From Pyrodictium delaneyi (GTDB lineage: Archaea; Thermoproteota; Thermoprotei_A; Sulfolobales; Pyrodictiaceae), in contig NZ_CP013011.1 in NCBI RefSeq assembly GCF_001412615.1, positions 1,440,001-1,472,000 on the forward strand: DNA of 32,000 nucleotides. The letters are read 5' to 3'. How positions within the stretch are numbered: position 1 is the first letter of the stretch; each line of letters starts with the position of its first letter. Positions 17,581-24,352 of the stretch are shown here, piece by piece. The position numbers were made by a program, and so were the translations under genes. The notes under the pieces were generated by a model. The model did not search any database. It saw only the letters and a list, made by a program, of their open reading frames with translations, and was not told where the DNA came from.

Positions 17581-17685
17581 AGGCGGGTCGGCCAGCAGCC
17601 CCTAGTCGTCATGCCCTGGGGCCCGCAGCCCCCGGGGACCGGCTGCGGAGCCCCTCTGCTTTGCTACATCTCCCCATACCCGCCT
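17581..17685 (+). ncRNA. Candidate structured RNA element or 3' structure (extended GC-rich hairpin, ~105 nt)
   Basis: Nested helices: AGGCGGGT 17581-88 pairs with ACCCGCCT 17678-85; AGCAG 17594-98 pairs with CTGCT 17656-60; GGGGCCCGCAGCC 17618-30 pairs with GGCTGCGG-A-GCCCC 17641-54. It forms a GC-rich patch inside an AT-rich island. Confidence 0.3.
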
Positions 17686-17832
17686 GCCACGGCTAGCACG
17701 TAGTGTGTTGCCGAGGCTATATCTTCTATGCCCGACTGATGGCACCAAACCATTAGGACTCTATTATTGATGGCCTTCTCCTGCGTGCTAACGACGGTCA
17801 CAGCTAATAGTTCTAAGCCTTGAGTAGGCTTC

Positions 17833-17840
17833 CTAAATAT
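17833..17840 (+). promoter_or_regulatory. Candidate TATA box (CTAAATAT) for the GH114-like gene
   Basis: It lies 39 nt upstream of GTG 17879 and 66 nt upstream of ATG 17906. Confidence 0.4.
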
Positions 17841-17878
17841 GCCGCTATCCTTGCCGCACTACCCCTCTGGGTGCTATA

Positions 17879-19028
17879 GTGCGCTATGTTAAAAGACTTA
17901 GAGGCATGAGCGATTTCGCCGTATTCCTCGCCTTGTTAGTGTTGCTCATACTCCTCATCATCCTTGCTTCCCGGGCTAGCCTGCCCTACACCCCTTCTAT
18001 GACTGCCACAGTTACTGTCACCAACACCGCAACATTTGATGAATCTGTAACTAGTACAAGAGCCAATCTGCAGGAGAAAGCTACAACAAAGACGCTAACA
18101 TTTTACAGAGACGCGGACAATGACAGAGACTGTAACAGCTACCGTTACAGTGACAGCCACTATAACGGCTACAAAGATTGCTGCTACTGCCTCCTCCTGG
18201 TGCAGTATCGCTTGCTACTACCTGACAAATATCGAGTCGGAGCCTTTACTGGCCAGGCACTGGACTGTAGCAGTGATAGAGCCAGATGAAGCAAATGACA
18301 CACTGCTAATGGAGGTGAGGAAACGCAGCGACCTGGTTCTCGCCTACCTAAACGCCGGGTATGCCGAGGAGTGGAGGAGCTACTGGGACGTAGTCAAAGA
18401 TAAGCCCTGGATCCACGGCACCACCATGTACGAGGGCGAATACTATGTGGAATATTGGCACACTGAGTGGAGGAAGATACTTGTAGAGTTAGCAACGAGA
18501 TACCTGGCTAGGGGGTTTCAGGGCATCTATCTAGACAACATCGATGCAGCCGAGCTGCTTGCTATAGAGAGACCCTCTTGGGCTCAGGGAGTAGATCCAC
18601 GAGAAGCCATGATAGATCTCGTCTGTAACGTGTCCAATGCCGTCAAAGCCGTAGACCCTAAGGCAAAGGTGTACCTCAATATCGGTGGTGCAGTGAACCT
18701 GCTGTACAATGACCGCCTCCTAGGCTGCATAGATGGGGTGCTACGAGAGGAGCTGTGGAGCCACCCAGGCCCAAGCGGACCCGAGCCACAGGACCCTTGG
18801 GAAACTCTCGCAGCGCTCGACGCGCTAGCCTATGCACACAGCCACGGGAAGACCGTGCTAGTGGCGGATCCCGTGAACGACTTAAAGGAGGCTTGGAGTT
18901 TCTGTGTAAAGGCCTGGAGCCATGGCTTTATTCCAGTTCCGCAGCCAGCCTGGGCTCTTGACTACAGCGCTCCACCTCCACCAGTTTGGTGCAGTTGCAG
19001 CACCTCAATGGTCAAAAGCAACAAGTGA
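17879..19028 (+). pseudogene. Frameshifted gene: signal anchor plus Thr/Val-rich stalk (frame A) joined to a GH114/TM1410-like glycoside-hydrolase TIM-barrel domain (frame B, +1)
   Basis: Frame A (17879..18289) encodes FAVFLALLVLLILLIILA plus TATVTVTNTAT, then degenerates into C/Y/D/R-rich nonsense. Frame B is open from 18099 and continues the stalk (TETVTATVTVTATITATK) into the catalytic domain. The only place to switch is the TTTT run at 18101-18104. Confidence 0.7.
18120..19028 (+). CDS. GH114-like (endo-alpha-1,4-polygalactosaminidase / TM1410-like) hydrolase domain ORF
   Basis: VLAYLNAGYAEEWRSYW, YYVEYWHTEWRKIL and ARGFQGIYLDNIDAAE match my recollection of the GH114 family core (..YlsiGeae.yR.YW.. 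/ ..GfDGvyLDnvD..). There is no signal peptide and no SD before ATG 18120. Confidence 0.7.
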   Translation: MTETVTATVTVTATITATKIAATASSWCSIACYYLTNIESEPLLARHWTVAVIEPDEANDTLLMEVRKRSDLVLAYLNAGYAEEWRSYWDVVKDKPWIHGTTMYEGEYYVEYWHTEWRKILVELATRYLARGFQGIYLDNIDAAELLAIERPSWAQGVDPREAMIDLVCNVSNAVKAVDPKAKVYLNIGGAVNLLYNDRLLGCIDGVLREELWSHPGPSGPEPQDPWETLAALDALAYAHSHGKTVLVADPVNDLKEAWSFCVKAWSHGFIPVPQPAWALDYSAPPPPVWCSCSTSMVKSNK

Positions 19029-19301
19029 GGGTATCATCCGGAGACCATATACCCCGACGCAATATTTATCACTGTTTGATATACTATAGCTAGCTAATTC
19101 GAAACCCTATCTAACTCTAACAAATCCTACTCTAAACGGAATAGAGTTTGTTTTCGCTTTCGCAGGAGCCACGGTGCTTCTTGGCATTTTTGTTTACACG
19201 ACCGTAATACCTCCATACCTTGTACCCTACATAGTTGAGTTGATGTTAAATACTGGACCCCCGGTCCAGGCCCTTCTCCTGCAAGAGGAGGCGAGCAAGC
19301 T

Positions 19302-20438
19302 ATGTGGACTAGCAGGGTAATAGCCATAGCTATAGTTGCTTTCATCGCTATCATAGCTGCCTATATGCTTACAAGCGGAGGGGGAGAACCAGCCTCTACC
19401 GCAACACCTATGACCACCACTATCACAGTCACCAAAACCGCTACGACTACTATGACCACTACCGCGGTCGAGACCACTACAGTGTCAAAGACGGTGACAT
19501 TCACCCAGACTGTGACCCAGACAATACCACAGGTAGAAGAGAAGCTAGTCCTAGTCGATGCGCTAGGCAGAACAGTCGCTGTCGAAAAACCCGCTGAGCG
19601 TGTCGTCGCTCTAGCGCCCTCGATAACCGAGGATATTTGCTCTCTTGGGCTCTGCAGCCGGCTGGTAGGCGTCGACAGCTTCTCCAGGGATGTGCCCGGC
19701 GTCCCCGAGGGCGTCGTGGATGTTGGCGGCTACTGGCAGCCTAGCAGCGAGAAGGTAGCCGAGCTAAAGCCGGACCTAGTACTGGCATGTAGCGGTGTAT
19801 CCGCCCAGGAGCAGATGGCACAGCAGCTCGAGGGGCTCGGTATCCGAGTATTCTTCCTTCGCTGCGACCAGGCCCGGGGCTTCGACGACATCTACTGGGA
19901 TCTACGTGCTATAGCGACACTACTGGGCAAGCCCGAGGCTGCCGATAAGGTGATAGAGCTGATGGAAGAGAGGGTTAGCGCGCTAGAGAAGAAGCTAGCC
20001 AATACTACGAGACCTGGTGTAGCCCTGCTAGTTTACCTCCAGGAGAACGGCGCCTGGGTAGCCGGCGGCGGCACATTCCACGACACAGTGATAGCTGTTG
20101 CTGGCGGCTCTAACGTGTTTCACGGTCTCTACGGCTGGCAGATGGTTGGCTACGAGGAGCTAGTATCCCGGGACCCCGACTACATAATAGTGACCGGTAT
20201 GACTCCTGCTGACTTCAACCGCACGATAGCGCTCGCGGAGAAGACGCCACTACGGGAGACTAAGGCCTTCCAGGAGGGCCATGTATGTGTCCTCTACGGC
20301 GCCGCCACCGACGCGCTTAACAGACCATCACCAGGCGTAGTAGACGCCGCCTATCTGTTGGCCTCGATACTGCACCCCGACCTAGTGGAGCCGCCGGAGA
20401 GGCTAGCCGGCAACTATACTTGTATGCACCAGGGCTAG
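19302..20438 (+). CDS. ABC transporter substrate-binding protein (BtuF/FepB-like, iron-siderophore/cobalamin class), membrane-anchored with a Thr-rich stalk
   Basis: TM anchor VIAIAIVAFIAIIAAYML and stalk TTTITVTKTATTTMTTTAVETTTVSKTVTFTQTVTQT. The binding domain reads RVVALAPSITEDICSLGL...VGVDS...LKPDLVLA. Confidence 0.85.
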   Translation: MWTSRVIAIAIVAFIAIIAAYMLTSGGGEPASTATPMTTTITVTKTATTTMTTTAVETTTVSKTVTFTQTVTQTIPQVEEKLVLVDALGRTVAVEKPAERVVALAPSITEDICSLGLCSRLVGVDSFSRDVPGVPEGVVDVGGYWQPSSEKVAELKPDLVLACSGVSAQEQMAQQLEGLGIRVFFLRCDQARGFDDIYWDLRAIATLLGKPEAADKVIELMEERVSALEKKLANTTRPGVALLVYLQENGAWVAGGGTFHDTVIAVAGGSNVFHGLYGWQMVGYEELVSRDPDYIIVTGMTPADFNRTIALAEKTPLRETKAFQEGHVCVLYGAATDALNRPSPGVVDAAYLLASILHPDLVEPPERLAGNYTCMHQG

Positions 20439-20463
20439 CCCGCGGCAGGGACGTGGCGAAGCC

Positions 20464-21441
20464 TTGCACACGCGGCGTGTTTTTGCAGCACTAGTCGCCT
20501 TGGCGGCACTGCTCTTCCTAGCAGGTCTAGCCGTGGGCCCGGCCGGGTTCCGTAACCCCCTGGACCCTGGGTCCTGGGACCTGGTGCTCAGGCTCCGGCT
20601 GCTCCGGGGTCTTCTCGCTCTAGGCGTGGGAGCGGCGCTGGGGGCGGCCGGGGCCTTCATGCAGTATAGCGTCTCGAACCCATTGGCGAGCCCGAGCATC
20701 CTAGGAGTCTCGCCAGGCGCGCTCGCCGCCAGCGTCCTAGTAATGCTCGCGTGGAGGGGCTCGCCACCGCTCGGAGCCCCTCTCCTTGCCGGGATGCTGG
20801 GAGGCTTCGCTGCCTACGCCGCCTCGGCCGCCCTAGCCGCCCGGCTCGGGTTCACAAGGGTAGGCCTAGTCCTAGCAGGCGTAGCTGTCTCCAGCACACT
20901 CTCCGGCCTCTCGAGCCTTCTCGTTCTCCTGGCTGAGGCGAGGCTCCGTCTACCCGCCTCATTGATGCTTCTCGGCAGCTTCGCCTACGCAACCCCCGAG
21001 ACCGTCTACGTCGCTCTAGCCTCATCTGGTGCCGGCCTAGTCGCGGGACTCGCCCTAGCCCGAGGACTCGACGCAATATCCTACGGAGACGAGACAGCAT
21101 CCGCTATGGGATATAGCCCGGGGCAGATCCGGCTCGCTGCGAGCCTCACCTCAGCCGCCCTGACCTCTGTTTGTGTCTACGCCGCCGGGATAGTGGGGTT
21201 TGTCGGCCTCGTAGCCCCTAACACCGCGCGTCTCCTTGTAGGCGGCCATCCTAGGGCTAGTTTGCCCGCCTCCCTACTCCTCGGCGCAGCCACCACGCTG
21301 GCTGCAGACCTGGCCGGGAGACTCACAGCGCTAGCTCTAGGGCTTGGTGAAGTACCGGCTGGGCTCGTTACAAGCGCCGTGGGGGGTCTGTTCCTGGCCT
21401 ACATGCTCCTTCGGGGAGCCGCTGGGGGAGAAGAACAGTGA
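20464..21441 (+). CDS. FecCD/BtuC-family ABC permease
   Basis: A 325-aa polytopic protein rich in A/L/G, with typical FecCD length and position. It overlaps the ATPase gene by 4 nt. Confidence 0.85.
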   Translation: MHTRRVFAALVALAALLFLAGLAVGPAGFRNPLDPGSWDLVLRLRLLRGLLALGVGAALGAAGAFMQYSVSNPLASPSILGVSPGALAASVLVMLAWRGSPPLGAPLLAGMLGGFAAYAASAALAARLGFTRVGLVLAGVAVSSTLSGLSSLLVLLAEARLRLPASLMLLGSFAYATPETVYVALASSGAGLVAGLALARGLDAISYGDETASAMGYSPGQIRLAASLTSAALTSVCVYAAGIVGFVGLVAPNTARLLVGGHPRASLPASLLLGAATTLAADLAGRLTALALGLGEVPAGLVTSAVGGLFLAYMLLRGAAGGEEQ

Positions 21442-22220
21442 CAGCAGAACTGAAGGCTCTAGGGGTATACGCTAGGCATGGTAGCAAGGTCGTACTGGAA
21501 GACGTCACCATGGAGGCACGGCCCGGCGCAGTCACAGTAGTCCTTGGACCCAACGGTGCGGGGAAGACCACACTCCTCAGAGTGCTTGCTGGCCTCCACG
21601 TCCCGGCCCAGGGCCGTGTCTTCATCGGGAACCGGGACGTCTACAAGCTACCCCGCATGGAGAGAGCCAGGCTTATCGCCTACGTTCCGGCTGTGCTTGA
21701 ATCCCCAGGGCTCGGCCAGACCGTGGAGGAGTTTGTCGCTGCTAGCCGGTACCCGCTCCACCCTGGGCCCCGCCTAGGCCCCCAGCCAGGTGACCTGGAG
21801 GAGGCGCAGAGGCAGCTCCGCCGAGTAGAGGCGGAGAAACTAGCCCAGCAGAGCCTCGGAAAGCTGAGTAGTGGCGAGAAACAACGTACACTCCTAGCCC
21901 ATGCATTAGCCCGTGACGCTGATGTACTGCTCGTAGACGAGCCTACTAGTTTCCTCGACCTGAGGGGCCGGCTGCTCGTCTACAAACTGCTCCACGAGGA
22001 GGCCCGCCGGGGCCGCGTCGTGGTAGCGGCGACCCACGACATGATGCTTGCAGGGCTCTATGCTGACCAGGTGGTTCTCCTTTCCCAGGGCCGGATAGTA
22101 GCCCAGGGACCTCCCAAGGATATACTCCACCCCCGGCTTCTAGAAAGAGTGTTCCAAGTCAAGGTTGAAATGACTAGACTCGGTGACAAGCACATACCGG
22201 TACCTGTAGACATTACATGA
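21438..22220 (+). CDS. ABC transporter ATP-binding protein (FepC/BtuD-like)
   Basis: Walker A GPNGAGKTT, signature LSSGEKQR, Walker B VLLVDEPTSFLD and H-loop ATHDM. Confidence 0.9.
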   Translation: MTAELKALGVYARHGSKVVLEDVTMEARPGAVTVVLGPNGAGKTTLLRVLAGLHVPAQGRVFIGNRDVYKLPRMERARLIAYVPAVLESPGLGQTVEEFVAASRYPLHPGPRLGPQPGDLEEAQRQLRRVEAEKLAQQSLGKLSSGEKQRTLLAHALARDADVLLVDEPTSFLDLRGRLLVYKLLHEEARRGRVVVAATHDMMLAGLYADQVVLLSQGRIVAQGPPKDILHPRLLERVFQVKVEMTRLGDKHIPVPVDIT

Positions 22221-23191
22221 CTGTCGCAACGAGCGTTGCGTGCCCTCGTCGAAGGGGTTCCCGCTTGCCGCGGCTATGTATAGACGTTGCTTGGCTAGAC
22301 CTCGACCTCTCCATGTACCCTAGCTTCGTTTCATCACTCTATAGCTACGCTGAGCCTGGCCGCTGGATAAAGATCCTGGGCTATGGGAGAGGCCACGTTC
22401 TTGTAAAGCGTGGCCCGCTACTATGCTGTGAGGGCCCCGGTTGCGGCACTGAGATGCTCCATTACTTGTCGGGCCGGTGGTGCCTCGACGTTTGCCGCCG
22501 GGGGCTCCTTAGCCGAGCCCTACCGCTGCGGGAGTACTACCTCGGTCTTGTAGTGGCGGCTGCACCGCCCCGGGATCGGCTCCTCGTCGCAGCAGCTGTC
22601 GTGCTGTCGTGGAGGACCCGTTATGCTAGCAATGTTAGGCGCTGGATGCGGATAGTGTTCGACGGGGTCGTTGACGAGGAGACAGGGGAAATAGACTTAG
22701 AGAAAGCCGTGGAGAGGGCCGCGAGGCTCCCGAGTCCACAGCCACGACGGCTAGCCCGGCTTCTACCAGCGCTGGCCAAGGCGCTGGAGGACTTGGACGA
22801 CCCAGTCGCGCTTCGGAGAAAGCTCCTGGAGCTATCCGGCGTGGGGCCAAAGACCGCCGACGCTATACTATTGTTCACCGGTGTCTCGAGCGCAGTAGCG
22901 CCAGGTGATGTGCATCTCCAGCGCTTCGCGGCCAGGGTGCTTGGGCTAGAGAGGCTCCGGCCCGCGTCCAAGGACATGTGCCTGCGCGGGGGCGCCTGGT
23001 GCCCTGAGTGCCCTCTACGCGGCGGCTGTCTCCAGGGACGCATAGTAGAGACATATGGTGGCGCGGCGGGGCTTGTCCAGACCATTGCTTACGTTTATGG
23101 GAGCCTTGGCGGGAAGAGCTGGCGGGAGAAGCTCCCCCGGGTTCTCGAGCAGTTCTACACAAGCTCCGGGGGTACCTCGCCGGGCCGGTAG
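22217..23191 (+). CDS. HhH-GPD superfamily DNA glycosylase with an EndoIII-type [4Fe-4S] cluster loop and a Cys-rich N-terminal extension
   Basis: The helix-hairpin-helix is LSGVGPKTADAILLF, followed by APGDVHLQRF (catalytic Asp). The Fe-S motif CLRGGAWCPECPLRGGC is exactly C-X6-C-X2-C-X5-C. An ATGA overlap joins it to the upstream ABC ATPase. Confidence 0.8.
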   Translation: MTVATSVACPRRRGSRLPRLCIDVAWLDLDLSMYPSFVSSLYSYAEPGRWIKILGYGRGHVLVKRGPLLCCEGPGCGTEMLHYLSGRWCLDVCRRGLLSRALPLREYYLGLVVAAAPPRDRLLVAAAVVLSWRTRYASNVRRWMRIVFDGVVDEETGEIDLEKAVERAARLPSPQPRRLARLLPALAKALEDLDDPVALRRKLLELSGVGPKTADAILLFTGVSSAVAPGDVHLQRFAARVLGLERLRPASKDMCLRGGAWCPECPLRGGCLQGRIVETYGGAAGLVQTIAYVYGSLGGKSWREKLPRVLEQFYTSSGGTSPGR

Positions 23192-23961
23192 GCCTTCCTA
23201 GGCTTCAGCCCAGTACGGCGGAGCAGCTCCTCAACGTGCCGGTATAGGATGACGTACTCGGGGTCAATGTTCTCCGCGAGGGCTGGATGTATGCGGCGCA
23301 GCTTCTCCCGTATCCTCTCGACGCCCTGCTCATCGGTGAAGCTAAGCATGACTGCCGGGTAGACTTCCTCACCCGGCTCGAGCCCGTAGGCGACCAGCAG
23401 CTCTAGGGCTTTTAGCTGGAGCGTCCAGGCCTCTGGCCTGGCCCCCGTCAGCATGGCGAACTCTTCGGGGCTTGTACCCTTAATTGAGACGCGTACCTCT
23501 ATCCCGGCTCCGTGGAAAGAGGCGAGCTTCTGGGCATACTCCTCCCGGGCCCCTATGAGGATCCCGTTAGTCTCCACTACGAAATGAATGCCCTCGGCAG
23601 TTACAGTCTCCATCACCTCGACGAGATGGTCGAAGCCCAGTGTAGGCTCGCCGCCGCTCAGCCTGGCTTGTTTCACGCCGCTCTGCCGGGCCAGCTCGAT
23701 GAGCCTTGACGCCGCCTCGCCTGGCGACAGCAACTTTCCAGCTCTGGGGTTACCCCATGTAAACTTGTGGGCCCAGCAGAACCCACAGCGAAGGATACAG
23801 CCAACCACATCGCCCGTCACTATACCTCCATACCAGCGGTCTCTGCGGAACCGGTAGTAGCGGCGTAGCTGCACCCCGTCTCGTCGTGGCGCCACAACAT
23901 GCTCAAGCCACTCAGCTAGAGCTACAGGGTCATAGCCTCGGCTCCTGCCTTGTTGTACCAT
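23155..23961 (-). CDS. Radical SAM enzyme (unassigned subfamily)
   Basis: The CILRCGFC motif (CX3CX2C) is followed by SGGEPTL (SAM-binding GGE motif). The protein is 268 aa, and its 3' end overlaps the glycosylase gene by 37 nt (convergent). Confidence 0.8.
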   Translation of the reverse strand: MVQQGRSRGYDPVALAEWLEHVVAPRRDGVQLRRYYRFRRDRWYGGIVTGDVVGCILRCGFCWAHKFTWGNPRAGKLLSPGEAASRLIELARQSGVKQARLSGGEPTLGFDHLVEVMETVTAEGIHFVVETNGILIGAREEYAQKLASFHGAGIEVRVSIKGTSPEEFAMLTGARPEAWTLQLKALELLVAYGLEPGEEVYPAVMLSFTDEQGVERIREKLRRIHPALAENIDPEYVILYRHVEELLRRTGLKPRKAYRPGEVPPELV

Positions 23962-24095
23962 ACGGGTCCCAGAGGACTATAGTCGCTGAGAGCCTTTCAT
24001 AATCATCCATAACTGCTATTCCTGCCGGAAGCGACTCTCCTAGAGTATCGCCATGGCTTCTGAACCACGGCAGAGGTCAGTGGAGCGAGGGTCAT

Positions 24096-24103
24096 CTATA
24101 TAG
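24096..24103 (+). promoter_or_regulatory. Candidate TATA box (CTATATAG) driving the structured leader/queDE transcript
   Basis: An A/T octamer 34 nt upstream of the first base of helix P1 (24138). The expected TSS is about 24126-24130. Confidence 0.45.
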
Positions 24104-24137
24104 CGTCTCCCTAGCCCTAAGTAACTCGTTGCTACAT

Positions 24138-24273
24138 GGTGGCGCCCGCTCCCCTCGGGGGCATGAAGACCGGGCTACCAGCCCGCAGGGCCAGAGGCCG
24201 CTTCTCTGGCTCGGCCTCTGGGATGCGGAGGAAACCTCGGGGGCGACCCCCGGGGGCCAGTGCGGGCGCCGCC
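24138..24273 (+). ncRNA. Candidate structured RNA (cis-regulatory leader of queD-queE, or an independent sRNA): closing helix plus four hairpins
   Basis: P1 pairs GGTGGCGCCCGC 24138-49 with GCGGGCGCCGCC 24262-73 (12 bp, one G-U). H1 is 24150-61 (4 bp, CUCG loop). H2 is CGGGC-UACCA-GCCCG at 24171-85. H3 pairs CCAGAGGCCG with CGGCCTCTGG at 24191-24221 (10 perfect bp, 11-nt loop). H4 is 24235-55 (9 bp, one G-U). All G-U pairs become A-C mismatches on the other strand. Confidence 0.45.
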
Positions 24274-24352
24274 TTTATCAACAGTAGAGGCCGCCACTGA
24301 CGCCTTGGCAGAGAAGGAACATCGAGCGCATGCTGCGGGGTGCCACCATAAG

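Noticed and set aside
23986-23991. CTGAGA, as in the TPP riboswitch core, in the radical SAM / queD intergenic region
   Set aside because: The remainder of the TPP consensus (ACCTGATCTGGATAATGCCAGCG-like) is absent on both strands.
24260-24352. The N-terminal 31-codon extension of queD, and minus-strand ORFs 24132..24374 and 24175..24441
   Set aside because: QueD homologues begin at the FRVK...FSAAH strand, and an SD plus TTG sits at 24337-24355. The extension and the antisense ORFs coincide with the GC-rich hairpin region, which is better explained as RNA structure.
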